From assembly GCF_009914755.1 (NCBI RefSeq), contig NC_060933.1: DNA of 64,000 nucleotides; one strand, 5' to 3'. Positions 1 through 24,203 of the stretch are shown here, piece after piece. This stretch comes from the human T2T-CHM13v2.0 reference genome, Homo sapiens. Positions within the stretch are counted from its first letter, which is position 1, and each line of letters opens with the position of its first letter. The notes under the pieces are model-generated. The model had not been told where the DNA came from, did not search any database, and saw only the letters and a program-made list of their open reading frames with translations. The translations under genes and the position numbers were made by a program.

Positions 1-242
1 TGTTACTTATTTTCATGTGTGTTGTTAAGTGTCCAAATAGAGACTATTTTGACTGTATTATTTTGTCGTCAATTCCTTACTGAATTCCACTGAGGTAAGG
101 GACATAACCCAGGTGATTTTATTTCTTTGAAAATTGTTTGGGTTTGCTTTACGGCCTAGCACACAATTTTTATAACTGTTCTAAACATGTCATATAATAA
201 AATGATGTACATTATCCAGTTCTTCTGTGCAGAGTTCTACCT

Positions 243-685
243 ATATCCTCTCTCAGTCTGTTTGTGCTGCTGTAACAAAATACCTGAGACTGGGTAATTT
301 ATAAAACAGCATCCATTTATTGCCCACAGTTATGGAAGCTGGAAGGTCCATAACTGTGAGCAATTTATTGATCAAGGTACCAGCATGTTTTGTGTCTGGT
401 GAGGGCCCAGCCTCTACTTCCAAGATGGCACCCTGAAAGCTGAGTCCTCCAGAGGGGAGGACAGTGGTGTCCTCACATGGTGGGAGGGATGGAAGGGGCA
501 GAAAGGGCAAAACAGGGTGTACAGCTCCCATGCAGTTCTTTTATAAGGTCATTAATCCCATTCATGAGGGTGGGTCCCTCATGACTAATCACCTTCCCAA
601 GGGCCCCACCTTCTAATATTATCACCTTGGAGATTAGGTTTCAACATGCAAATATTGGAGGGACACATACACTGAAACCATAGCA
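243..685 (-). mobile_element. MaLR solo LTR (MLT1A/MST-like) inserted in old L1 sequence
   Basis: tctcagtctgtttgtgctgctgtaacaaaatacctgagactgggtaatttataaa ... ttcaacatg...gggacaca...aaccatagca, typical MaLR LTR ends. Confidence 0.75.
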
Positions 686-774
686 AATAATGAGTTGCAT
701 AATCTCCATACGAGAGTTAATTTGTCTATTTCTTCTTATAGTTCTATCAATATTTATACAATAGTTTGAAGCTG

Positions 775-841
775 TATATAGATACATATATACACACACA
801 TATATATACACATATTATATATGTATATACATATATATACA

Positions 842-897
<56 letters not shown>
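775..897. repeat. Compound (TA)n/(CA)n microsatellite forming the tail of an antisense Alu
   Basis: Read directly; lies inside the TSD pair tgaagctgtat (767) / tgaagctatat (1184). Confidence 0.9.
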
Positions 898-1183
<286 letters not shown>

Positions 1184-1385
1184 TGAAGCTATATTTTTAT
1201 ATGGATACAATTTAGAAGTATTATGTCCTCCTGGTGAGCTGAACCTTTTCTCATTATAAATCACCTATTTGTATTACCCATCTTTTGCTAAGTTAGGCCA
1301 TAGTAACAGCATGATAGCATGAATCATGCACTCGCTCTTAAAGTGCCCACCTGGAAATGATGCATGTTTTATAATACATTAGTGA

Positions 1386-1713
<328 letters not shown>

Positions 1714-2020
1714 CTACTTTCAAAAATTTCTGCAGCTTACAATAATGGTTAATTTCTCACTTACGTTATATGACTTATGTGTGTCATTTGTGGCACTATC
1801 CATTCTTCATTCTATATTCTCTTCATCCAGGGACCCAGGCAGGAAGAATAGTCAATCCCATCCAGGACATGCTCTTCTTGTGGCAGAGGGAGAGAGCAAT
1901 GGTTCTGAAAGCTGTGCTCAGGAGTGCACGCATAACCTCCAGTCACATTTCAGTGACCAAGCCTGACATCCATGGGATGGGAAGTAAACCCTCTCACAGG
2001 AACAGCCACAAAATTATTGA

Positions 2021-2347
<327 letters not shown>

Positions 2348-2384
2348 GAAATGCTTTTTGTTTTAGAGTCTATTTATCCAATGT

Positions 2385-3694
<1,310 letters not shown>

Positions 3695-4812
3695 GCAATT
3701 TTTCAAGAGTTTCTTGATATTCACTTGTGCTTTTAGCCCCTTTGTTTTTCTAAGCATGCTTGTTTTATATTCTGGTTCTAAAATATCTAATATCTAAAGC
3801 CGGTGTGGATCCACCTCTACTGCTTGTCTTCTCTGCTTATTTCCTCAGGGGGTTTGTGGTTTCTGGTTGTGAGTTCATATTTATTTAGAACCCTATCTGT
3901 GGGAATTCTTTGAAACCTGGGTTGCCAGTGAGCTCTTCCAGAGAAGATCTGTGTTTGTTTTGGCCAAATACTGTAGGCACCACCTACCCAGGTTCATTTC
4001 AAATTAAAGCGATTGCGGGCTTTTGAACTATGCAAATTGTGTGTCCATTTGATAGCCAGACTTTTTGGCCATGAATCCTCCAGGGGAATGTTTTCCCCTT
4101 CTGCTCAGAACCAAGGCACAGAGAGACATCTTTAATTGCTGCACCTCTGTACGGCAGATTTTTTCCACCATAGTTTATCCTTCACCTGAGGACATATTTC
4201 TTTGTGAGTTCCAACCTGATGTTGCAATTTGACTCTTATCCTGCCTGGACCCAGGTGAACGCTCCTATAGCTGGTAGCAGTATCAGTGTTTACCTATCTC
4301 CAGAGATAATTTTGAAAATATTTGTCAGTACAGGACATGCACCAATGGATCGGAACAGATGCAGACGGTACCTCTGCATAATTTCTGAACATCAATTGTT
4401 TGACTTCCCAGGCTTGTGTTCTTGTTTTCCTCCTAGCTTCAGATAATTTTCCTGACTTTTTTTTTGCAAGTGTATCCATGCGTTTAAGAGGGTATTCTAA
4501 ATATTTCTTCTAGCAATTTTATATATTTTGTTGTAGTAATATTTGTAAATATATAGTCCTCAATATTGCCAGAAATAAAGTCCAAGTAAGAAGTTTATTT
4601 GGCTCATGCAACAAAACACTTAAGGGTGTCCAAAGCTGGAACTGTGGCCTAATGTCATATGGGACCTAGGTTCTCTCAATCTTCCTGCTTTGCCAGCCTT
4701 AGCATTTACTTACCACTTCATAGGCACATGATGGCAGTTGAACTTCCAAACTTCAGGTCTGCTTAGAGGCAGGAATAAAAGTGGCAAAACACTTAAAGAG
4801 TATACTCAACTA

Positions 4813-5265
<453 letters not shown>

Positions 5266-5852
5266 CTAGGAAAGCTACACTCCTGTGTCCTAGGGCCCAA
5301 CAACAAGCAAGACAGGCATAACAGCTGGGAAACCAATCAGCTTAAACTGAGACAGACAATATCAAACAGGCATGTCAGGCCCCACGAGAACATCCACCCT
5401 AAATCCAGAAGGCATTATGACCACATCGCTTCAGCTGCCTGGATTTCAGGTATAAATTAGTTCTTCTACAAAGAGGGCACTTGGTCTGTAAACGGGTCCA
5501 AAGGTAAGAGTCCCACCGCTAAAGACCTATCTCTCTTCTACACTAACATGGGGGGGCAGTGGGGAAGAAAGGGGCGAGAAGAGGTATGGAGGTTTTGGGA
5601 GGGAGTGGGAGAATTGGAGGCTAGAGAGATCGTTTCTGTCCCACCATCTGTGTGACCCCAGTGCCCAGCACAATGCAGCCCACGGAAAGGCACTGGTCCT
5701 TTCATTGACCATTTACTGAGCATCTACTACATGCCAAAAAGCGAGATGGGTGCTGTGAAGGCAGAAACGGATTTGGAGATAATCTCCGCCAGGCATACTG
5801 AGGTCAAGGTTTTCGTTCGTTTGTTTAGAGAAGAGACGGAGAAGGTCAAGGT

Positions 5853-6930
<1,078 letters not shown>

Positions 6931-7749
6931 ACTTAGCTGATCTTCTGTTTAAGTAAAACATTCAGCATCCCCTGTTGCTGTCTCTGTCACCTGTTGTAAC
7001 CTGCCCTTTTTGTCTTTCAGCTAGGTCGCTGTCAACCTGATATTTCTCTCCACTTTGTCTTTGTCGGGGTATCTGGATCCTGTTTTATATCTGTCTCCAC
7101 CTTGCTTCTGTGTCTGTTCACCCTGTCTCTGCCACTCAGCCCTTACTCTAATTCAGGGCCTGTCAGTCTGGCTTTTTGGCCATCTGTCTGTTTCTCTCTT
7201 TCTGCCAACTTTGTTTTTGCCTCTTGTCTCTCTTTCCTGAGTTTGGGTGGGGCAGGGCTGCCCAGACCTCTGAGCCATGGAAGGTGACTCATGACCCCGT
7301 GAAGTTCCCTGCACTGGTGACACTCTCAGTGACTCGACCGCAGTTTGGCCTCAACTCTGACAGGTGTCGCCCAACATAAGTGTCAGAGTGCAGGAGAGCC
7401 TGTCAGGGAGACAGGAGGCCCATTTTAGGGCCAGAGCAGCTTGATGAGTCCTCTCCTTTTCTCGCCTGTGGTTTCTCAGGCCTGCACAGCTTCCCAAATG
7501 CCTTCGCTCTATCCACTCACCACAGGATGGTCTCCAGGGATCTCTGGAGCCTGCTCTTTGAGTTACAGCTGTTTAACAGGCCTGTCTACAGGCTAAGAAA
7601 GGATCAGACTGAGGTCTTTGGGGCTACTGGAACAGTAGCAGGGTTTCTGGGATAACTGCATGCTTAGTTCAGAGATTGTGTCAGCATTTTCAGTTAAATT
7701 ATAAGAAACCTAATAATTGGGAATTTATTATTTGCTTTATAAAAGCACC

Positions 7750-8045
7750 ACGGGAGAAATAAACCACACACAAAAGGACAAATGTTGTTTGAGAGCACTT
7801 AAATGAAGTACCTAGAATAAACCAATTAAGAGACGGAAAGTAGAATAGTTTACCAGGGGCTGGGGAGAGGAGTTATTGCTTAATGTTACAGAACAGAGTT
7901 TTGGGGGATGATGAATAAGGTCTGGAAATGGGTTGTGATGATTGCACAACATTGTGAATGTACTTCACTGAATTGGACTCTTAAAATTACTTAAAATTGT
8001 TAAGTCTTAAAGTTTTATGTATATTTTATACAATACAAAAAACAA
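7750..8045 (+). mobile_element. Old L1M 3' end fragment
   Basis: cacaaaaggacaaat...gaaagtagaatagtttaccaggggctgggga...ttgcacaacattgtgaatgtactt. Confidence 0.7.
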
Positions 8046-8991
8046 AAACAGTATTCATTGGAGACTCCTGAAACCAATAAGCTCCTTTTACATGTAATTT
8101 TTCAAAATTCATTCTGTAGTTGTTAGGAACACAGTTGAACCTGTGTTTATTGATTCCTACTCTCTTTACAGCAGTGGGTACAGCTGAGGTTCTTAGAAAA
8201 GTTTAGTTAAATGAATTTGGTTAAAATCTTTCTCAGGCTTTCTACTTACTTTCTGCCCTGGCTCTCCTCCCTCTGCCTTTCTTGGAATCAGTGCAAGAAT
8301 GTGCTCATAAGTAGGATACTTGATAATTATGCTTTTCACAGGAAGAAAACTCATAAGGTTGAAAAATAGCCCTTTTATTATAATGCAAAATTATGTGTTA
8401 TTTCTTGAGTTTCGTTATGGGGGATGCCTTTGTGGTTTTTTTGTTTTTTAAAATCTCTTATTTAAGCTGTCTATTTGCCTTTAAGGTAGTTTATCAAGCT
8501 TTCTAATAAGATATCACAACTGAATTACTACTTTATTTAATTGAATCCTAGATGCTGTTATTTCATGTACCACCAAGGAAGGGAGAAACCCTGCTAATTG
8601 AACTATGGCTTAATACGCTCTTATCGTTTAGACTTTTTATTATTGAAAACACTTTTAGACTTAGACACTAAAACATGGTATCAATGCCTATTCTAATGCA
8701 TATATACAAAGGAAAAATAAGAACACATTGGTTAAAGTGTTCGTTAAACTTAACATTCCAAGTTCTACTCTTCTGTGCACTTTTCAATTCAGAGTGTGTC
8801 CATATTTTTTCTAGAGTGTCATCCTTTGTGTCATCAAGAACATTGATGAGGACCTCAGCAGTTCTCTATCATTGTCTCAGGCAGTGACAGCTATTAAAAC
8901 TGCCACCTGGTGATCACATTCTGATTTCAGGAATTTTAAAATGTGAAAAAATGCATGTCTGAAAATTAATTGAAGAGTATCATTTTCATGA

Positions 8992-9318
<327 letters not shown>

Positions 9319-10174
9319 TGAACTTTTCCTTTTCAACTCTATTTATATTTGCAGTTAGAATAGGGGCTTTTGTCTTATTTGTAACATATTGAGGAAAAAA
9401 TATTTTTTAAAATTTGTCGATATGTTGTTAATTTCTTGAAATGAGTACTGTTTCTGCCTTCTGCTTTCTTGATTTCAGCTTCTTATCCTGAATTCTAATG
9501 CACGTGAGGGTACAGTTAAAAACATTTCCTTGGCTTTATTGAAATTCAATGGAAGGATGATCGATAAATGGGGGGTTAGTTTCTAGAACGTTACCTTCTC
9601 TTTTGAATCTCAGAGAGTTTGCTGTAATAGAATGTTTGTCCTAGAAGTTTTTAAGTAAAACATTCAGCCGTGGCTTAAAATTGAAGGGAATCATGAATCA
9701 AACTTCATAAAGCAGGTGGCTTGTTTTTTTAAAAAACATCTTAAAATAGTTTTTACTAAGTGATTTGGCCAAAGTGTTCTAATTAGGAAAAAAATGGAAG
9801 AATACTGATTGACAATGGTCAGGAGACCAATAGCACTGTTCCAAAGGATATATTAATTCTGCAAAATTACATAGTCATTGACCATGTTTTCTAGTTTTAA
9901 TGAATATGCCACAGTAATGGATGAGAGGTATATGGGAGTTATGCACTATCTTTTCAGTTTTTTTGAAAATTTAAAATTATTACAAAATAAGTTTGTTTTT
10001 TTAAAAAATACAAAAGCAGGAGCTATGAAGTTGCAGAATGGAATTTAATATAACCAAAAATGCCAGTCTTGATTACTTTTCTTTCTGCCGCTAATGTACA
10101 TCTCTAGTGTTTATTAGCAAATACACGTGTACATAGCATCTCTTTTACATTTTCACTGTTACTCTTCCTTCCAG

Positions 10175-10297
10175 AAGTCAATGTGATTTTAATTTGAAGC
10201 AAAACTGAAATGGGTTCTTCTTCCTCATTCTATTCATGTTGCTTTTTGATGGCCATGGCATAAGGAACTCTATCCCAGGAATACAGCTTTGCATTAG
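10175..10297 (+). other. ZBTB43: ZBTB43 5'UTR exon 2 (123 nt)
   Basis: Polypyrimidine tract and acceptor ttactcttccttccag|AAG; strong donor TAG|GTAAGC; unique non-repeat sequence. Confidence 0.8.
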
Positions 10298-11224
10298 GTA
10301 AGCTATCAACTTGATCACGATACCATTTTTAAAGTTACTTACTGTAATCATTTCTCTTTTAGCAAAAATAATAATGTATTTTGTTAAGATTTTTAATTCC
10401 TCTAGACCAGAAGATTCTTTCTTCTCTTCTGAAGAGATGTTACACCTTCTAAGGCCCATCAATGCCATACTTTGCACTGATAGAACATTTAATGTCAGAT
10501 AAATTTTTCTGCCAAGTGAATTTTTTTTCTTAACTTAGAAAAATGTTAGATTTGGAGTTATACTGCTGTTTGAATGCTGACATGCCATTTCTGAGACGTG
10601 TAACCACTGGCAGGTCTTTTAATTTGAGCTTCAGTTTACTCATATTTCAAAAGGATGCAATGATACGGGAGTGTTGCACAACGCAGGTTTACATAGTGTG
10701 CTTTGTGAACTCTAAAGCATTTCACTAATGTAAAGAGTAGGCATAGGGTATTGGTGTTTTTGTACATTTGTGCCAGGCTTTAAATTTACTGAAGCAACAT
10801 TTACTATGTTTAAATATGCTTTCTATAGTAAGCATGCAAGTTACCATATGCTCTGATTAAAGAAACCTCTGAAGGACTTCACAATAAGTAGCTGGTGGGT
10901 CTGCTTCCCTATTATATTGCTGTCATCTGTGTTTTTAGGATGTTTAATAGGTGTTTAAATCACGTATAAAATTTGACTTGGAGTTCCTCAGCCGAATAAT
11001 AAATAGTGGCTGTTATTAAACTCATCAAAGTTGGAAGGAATCTTGAAGGTCATCTAGTTCAGGATTTCTTCAGTATGTTGCCCTTCATCTGCGTTAAAAA
11101 AAGCCAAATAGCTTTTAAGAAGCATAGTGGAACAGGCTGGCATCGGTGTGTTTGTTTTAGAACTGTTGCTATTGGATTAAAAAAATAAAATACATGTGCA
11201 AAGTGGCATAAAACTGCTGGTATC

Positions 11225-12185
<961 letters not shown>

Positions 12186-12321
12186 TGGGCCATCTTAAGT
12201 CTAAGGATGGTCAGCGTGCGAAAGTTTGTGAATGCATTGTATATAATAAAATTATATAGATTATTTGTGAAAATGATATTCACGTTTACTTTCCATACTC
12301 TGAAACTATAGTGATATTCAC

Positions 12322-12654
<333 letters not shown>

Positions 12655-12669
12655 TTAAGCTATAGTGGG

Positions 12670-12920
12670 CCTGAACAAGTACTTTGGATTTAAATCTCAA
12701 TTTTACTGCTTACCAGTTATATGACCTTAAGTTGCTTAGCTTTTTTGTCTATCTCCAATTCTGTACAATGGAAGTAAAAAATACCTATTGAGTGGGTTGC
12801 TGTGAAGATTAAGTGAGACAGAGCATATAAAGTGCTTTGCATAGACTTTGTACAATGTCTGTATTAAGCAGTTTATATATTTGTATATGTATGTCATAAA
12901 TAGTAGTTGCTGTTATTTCC
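12670..12920 (+). mobile_element. MIR
   Basis: gggttgctgtgaagattaagtgaga...taaagtgctt MIR-like 3' part. Confidence 0.6.
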
Positions 12921-12932
12921 TATTAATGATGA

Positions 12933-13307
<375 letters not shown>

Positions 13308-13319
13308 ACATTACTCTTT

Positions 13320-14700
<1,381 letters not shown>

Positions 14701-15650
14701 TGAAATCCTATAATTAGCTTCTACTTCAGACTTTCTCCTGCTTTAGTCCGTCAGCAGATCAACCTTCCTTAACCATGCCTCACAGCACGTCACTTAGAAG
14801 TTTTCAGTGCTGCCCCAATGTAGACGTCTCATTCGGCTTTTTCTAGATTTATCTCCCATCACTCATTGTCACTCATAGAAGGAAGCACAAGTAATGATGT
14901 GTGTGTCACCAGGGTTAGTCTTGAGTGAAAGAGAGCCGAGGGAGATCTGAAATGGCTTTCTGATGGTAATTTCACCATAATCTAGGATCTTGCCGTTAGT
15001 GTGATTGGACCAATAACTCAGTGTCTTCAACATATCATACTTATGATGTACCAAACCCGCAAGAGATTAAAGTATACAAACCAGAATGCCATGTGATTTA
15101 TAATTTTTCTTTCTATGTTAATAAGTGAGATTGGCTTGTAGGGTTTTTTTTGTTGTTGGCCAATTTTGATACCAGAGTTTTGTATAAAATTTATGAATTT
15201 TCTCCTACCCTATTGCCTTGTCCTCTTCTCCCCCTCTACTTTTTACATTTCTAGTTTTATCATATTGTGTAATCCATTGTATAGTCACATGTAATCAAAT
15301 GTGCCCTGTGCATTTCCGCTTTGGAGAATTTATTGATGTTCTCTGTAGCCACGTATATTATCATTTTTGTAAATGTCCTACAGACAGTAGAAAAGGAGTA
15401 TTATTTGTAGAGTATATAGGTATTGCATTAAATTAGCTTTATTGATAGCTGTCTAAACCTATAGATTCTTGTCCTTTGCCTACTTGATTTATTAAGAATT
15501 AAAGAGGGATACTTATATTTCCTGCTACAATTACAGTTCTGTTACTGTTGCCTTATTTTCTAACATTGTACTCTGACACATAAAAGTTCACAGAGTAAAC
15601 TTCATTGTGAATTATAGGTTTCATCAGTTAACAATAAACTTTCATCCTGA

Positions 15651-16100
15651 TTTTTACAGATGAAATTTACATCTGTAAAATTTTTACAGATGAAATTTAC
15701 ATCTGTAAAATTTTTACAGATGAAATTTACATCTGTAAAATTTTTACAGATGAAATTTACATCTGTAAAATTTTTACAGATGAAATTTACATCTGTAAAA
15801 TTTTTACAGATGAAATTTACATCTGTAAAATTTTTACAGATGAAATTTACATCTGTAAAATTTTTACAGATGAAATTTACATCTGTAAAATTTTTACAGA
15901 TGAAATTTACATCTGTAAAATTTTTACAGATGAAATTTACATCTGTAAAATTTTTACAGATGAAATTTACATCTGTAAAATTTTTACAGATGAAATTTAC
16001 ATCTGTAAAATTTTTACAGATGAAATTTACATCTGTAAAATTTTTACAGATGAAATTTACATCTGTAAAATTTTTACAGATGAAATTTACATCTGTAAAA
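15651..16100. repeat. Perfect minisatellite, 15 x 30 bp (TTTTTACAGATGAAATTTACATCTGTAAAA), with scrambled tail to ~16170
   Basis: Counted directly; no mismatches among units. Confidence 0.98.
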
Positions 16101-16285
16101 TGTAAATTTTACATCTGTAAAAATTTTACAGATGAAATTTACAAAGTAAATTTACATTGAAATTTACTTTGATATTAGTATTGTGTTGCTTGACTTTTGT
16201 TTTCATGTGACTTTTTTTTTTTTAAACTTTTGACCTTTTTGGTGATAAATTCTTTCAACTTTTCTATGTCTGAAAAAGTATTTTG

Positions 16286-17830
<1,545 letters not shown>

Positions 17831-18843
17831 ATTCAGGGCAGTTTTCTTCAATTAAATTTATTTTTTATTATTTCACGTTCTCTGGTTCTTTCTCTCAAGG
17901 ACATTAACGGGCTGTACATCGATCTCTCTTCTCTGTTCTCCTGCTTTATCATCTTCTCTCTCGCTGTTTTCACTTTCTTGTATTTTAGTAGAAGGTCCCC
18001 AAAGTGCCTTCCACATTATCGATTCCATTTTTTTACTGTTGTAATTCTGCTTCTTATTGCCTGTGTAAATTTCTGCTCTATATTAGTTTCCTGATACCCT
18101 ATCATTAATTCAGTCTGCCCTTTTTTCATATCATTCTACTGTTTTGTCTCATCTTCCTTATACTTTATTCAGAGACTGTGTTTTCATGAAGTTTGTGAAA
18201 AACATTTTAAAAATTGTTTAAAATGTACTCTTTGTCTATTTCTTGCTATTTTTTCTTTTTGATATTCTGGAATATATCCACAGACCTGTGTTGGTTTTAT
18301 TTTGTTTAATTCTTGAGAGGGAAACATTCTGTTCAGGTCTGAAATTTGCTTTTGGGTCCCTTGTTGTATACCCGAATATTGTTAGAATCAGCTCTTAGTT
18401 CTTAAGCTAGATGCAGGGCTGAACCACATTGACATCTGGGATTAGTTGAGTGGGGCTGGAGGGGTAGGCCTTAGGCCCTCTCAGGGGAGCTTGAGCTCTG
18501 TGTACTTTCTTTGCAGTTGGTGAAATTGGGATACTAGGACCCTCTGTTGTCTTTGGCCCAACTGGCAAATGATGGCTATGCCTTTACCTCCTTCCTGGGG
18601 CTACGGAGTCCCACCCCCTTATGTTAATATTTTTTCCTTCTGCCAAGGTAATGTGCAACCTTTGGTATCCTAATACCACCCACCTCTGAGTTTTGCCAGT
18701 CTGCAGGACCTGTCTGTCCTTGGCTTTTAGCTCTGGGACTCCCAAGTGAAAGAGTGTTACTGATCCCGTCAGAATTGCCTGGAATAGGACGTGGAGTTTC
18801 AGGCCAGTGTTTCCCTTCAACTTGGCCCCATTTCCACTGTATC

Positions 18844-19516
<673 letters not shown>

Positions 19517-21021
19517 CCCATGAGGTTTTTTAGTGAGCTAATTAATTACTTCTATGACATCATCTAAATAACTGAAACAACAGCTATACTCTCAGTATAG
19601 GTCACAATTGCCTATGAGTTTGTAATAGAAAAACCTGTAGAAATTTAGCGTGTTGCAGGTCAGAGAATATGGAGAAATGCCATATTCACCCAAAGTTAAG
19701 GGCAAGGATTTTTGATAGGGCTTGGTTTGAATCTGTGTATTGCTTTGGGTAGTATTGTTATCTTAACAATATTATGTCTTCCAATCCATAAACAACATGG
19801 TATTCTATTTATTTGTGCCTTTAATTTATTTCAGCAGTGTTTTGTAGTTTTTTTCTTTTTCTTTTTTTTTTTTTTTCCTTTTTGGACAGAATCTCCCTCT
19901 GTCACCCAGGCTGGACTACACTGGTGGGATCACAGCTCACTTTAGCCTAAAACTCTTGGGCTCAAATGATCCTCTTGCCTCAGTCTCCCAAGTAGCTGGG
20001 ACTACAGCTGTGCACCACTATTCCTGGCTAATTAAAAAATATATATATATATATATTTAGAAACAAGGTCTTGCTGTGTCGTCCAGGCTGGACTCAAACT
20101 TCTGGCCTCAAGTGATCCTCCCAAGTAGCTGGGATTGCAGATGAGAGCCACCACACATGGCCGTTGTGTAGAGACAGGGTTTTACCATACTGCCCAGACT
20201 GGTCTCAAACTTCTGAGCCCAAGCAATTCGCCCACCTCGGCCTCCCAAAGTGCTAGGGTTACAGGCATGAGCCACCACGCCTAGCTTCTTGAGTGTTTTT
20301 GTCATGAAAGGGTGCTGAATTTTGTCAGATGCTTTTTCTGTGTCAGTTGAGATGATACGTGTTTTATGTGTTTTTTTCCCCTTCATTCTGTTAATGTGCT
20401 GTGTTACATTGATTGATTTCATATGTTGAACTATCCTTGCATTCCAGGAAGAGATCCCACTTGCTGGTGGTGTATAATTCTTTTAATATGCCGCTTAATT
20501 TGGTTTGGTAGTATTTTGTTGATATTTACTCCAGTGTTCATAAGGGGTATTGGTCTATAGTTTTTGTATAGTGTTTTTGTCTGGCTTTCATATCAGAGGG
20601 CACTCCTGACCTAATAGAATGAGTTAGGAAGTGGTCCCTCCCCTTCAGTGTTTTAGAAAAGTTTGAGAAGGATTGGTGTCAGTTCTTCTTTAAATGTTTG
20701 TTAGAATTTACCAGTGAAGCCATCAGGTTAGGATCTTTTCTTTATTGAGTCAATGTCCTTGATAGTTATAGGTCTTTAAGGGTATTGTTTAATTTCCACA
20801 TATTTATTAGTTTTTCAGTTTTCTCTCTTATTGATTGCTACATTCATTTCATTGTGGTTAGAAAAATACTTTGTATTTTTAAAAAGACTCAGTCTTGTTA
20901 AGTGTATTAAGACTCGTTTATGGTCTAACACATGATCTATCCTGGAGAATGTACTGTGTGCACTTGGTGGCTGACATGTCCTATACAGGCATACCTCATT
21001 TTGTGCTTCACGGATATTGCA

Positions 21022-21052
<31 letters not shown>

Positions 21053-22426
21053 GTCTGTGGCAACCCTGCATTAAGGAAGTCTATCAGCATCATTTTTCCT
21101 GTTGCACATGTTTACTTTCTGTTTCTGTGTCATATTTTGGCAGTTCTTGCAATATTTCAAAACTTTTCATTATTATTATATCTGTTATGGTGATCTTTGA
21201 TCAGTAATTTTTTGATGTTACTATTGTAATTGTTTTGAGGCACCACAAACCACACCCATAAGGGACAGCAAACTTAGTCAATAAATGTGTGTTCTGACTA
21301 CTCCACTGACCCACCATTCCCCCATCTTTCCCCCTCTGTTCAGGCCTCCCTATTACGTGATACACAACCACTTGAATTTAGGCCAATTAATAAACCTACA
21401 ATGGCCTGGTGTTTAAGTGAAAGGAGGAGTCATATGCTTCTTACTTGAAATCAAAAGCTAGAAATGACTAAGCTTAGTGAGGAAGGCATATCAAAAGCAA
21501 ACATAAGCCAAAAGTTAGACTTCTTGCTCTAAACAGCCAAATTGTGAATGCAAAGGAAAAGTTATTGAAGGAAATTGAAAGTGCTACTCTAATGAACACA
21601 TGAATGATAAGAAAGTGGCAGCCTTAGTGCTGAGAGAAAGTTTTAGTGGTCTGAATGGAAGGTCATACCAACCACAACATTCCTTTAAGCCAAAGCCGTC
21701 AGAAGAAGACCCTAACTCTCTTCATTTCTCTGAACACTGTGAGAGAGGTGAGGAAACTGCAGAAGAAAAGTTTGAAGCTAGCAGAGGTTGGTTTGTGAGG
21801 TTGAAGGAAAGAAGTGTCTCCGTAATGTAAAAGTGCAAGCTGAAGCAGCAAGTGCTAATGTAGAAACTATAGCAAGCTATCTAGAAAATCTAGCTAAGAT
21901 AATTGGTAAAGATGGCTGCACTAAACCACAGATTTTCAATATAGATGAAAAAGCCTTCTATTGGAAGGAGATGCTATCTATGACTTCCATAGCTAGAGAG
22001 GAGAAGACAATACCTGGCTTCAAAAGACAAGTTATAACTCTCTCATTAGGGGCTAATGCAGCTGGTAACTTTAAGTTGAGGCCACTGCTCAGGTACCATT
22101 CCCAAAATCCTAGGGCCCTTAAGAATTATGCTAAGTATACTCTGCCTGTGCTCCATAGATGGCACAGTGAAAGCTTGGAGACAGCATTTACAGAATGCTT
22201 TACTGAATATTTTAAGCCCACTGTTGAGACCTACTGCTCAGAAAAAGATTTTTTACAAAGCATTACTGCTCATTGAGAAGGCACTTGGTCACCCAAGAGC
22301 TCTGATGGAGATGTACAAGGACATTAGTATTGTTTTCATGCCTGTTAATACAACATCCATTCTGCAGCCCATGGACCAAGGAGTAATTTCAATTTTCAAG
22401 TGTTATTATTTAAGAAATACATTTTG

Positions 22427-23165
<739 letters not shown>

Positions 23166-23500
23166 TCACTATTCTAGATGCCGTTAAGAACATTCGTGAT
23201 TGGTGGGAGGAAATCAAAATATCAGCCTTAACAGAAGTTGATTCCAACCCTCATGGATGACTTTGAGGGGCTCAAGACTTAAGTGGAGGAATTAATTGGA
23301 GATGTAGTGGAAATAAATAGCAAGAGAAATAGAATTAGAAGTGGAGCCTGAAGATGGGACTGAATTATTGCAAAGGCATGGTAAAACTTGAGTGGATGAG
23401 AAGTTGCTTCTTAGGGATGAGCAAAGAAAATGGTTTCTTGAAATGGACTCTACTCCTGGTGAAGATGGTGTGAACATTATTGACAACAAAGGATTTAGAG

Positions 23501-24018
<518 letters not shown>

Positions 24019-24203
24019 ATTTAGAATATAAACTTTATTGATAAAGCATCAGCAGGATTTAAAAAGATTGACTCAAATGTTGTGAAAGAAGTTCTGTGGG
24101 CAAAATGTTATCAAACAGCATTGCATGCTACAGAGAAATCTTTTGTGAAAGAATCAATTGATGTGGCAAACTTCACTGTTGTCCTATTTTAAGAAATTGG
24201 CAG

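Noticed and set aside
775-897. (CA)n Z-DNA tract as a ZBTB43 autoregulatory site
   Set aside because: Ordinary Alu-tail microsatellite 5.5 kb upstream; such repeats are ubiquitous
15651-16100. CRISPR-like array of palindromic 30-mers
   Set aside because: No spacers; units are contiguous; human DNA with no cas genes
15660-16160. 166-aa ORF (MKFTSVKFLQ)n
   Set aside because: By-product of a stop-free frame in a 30-bp intronic tandem repeat
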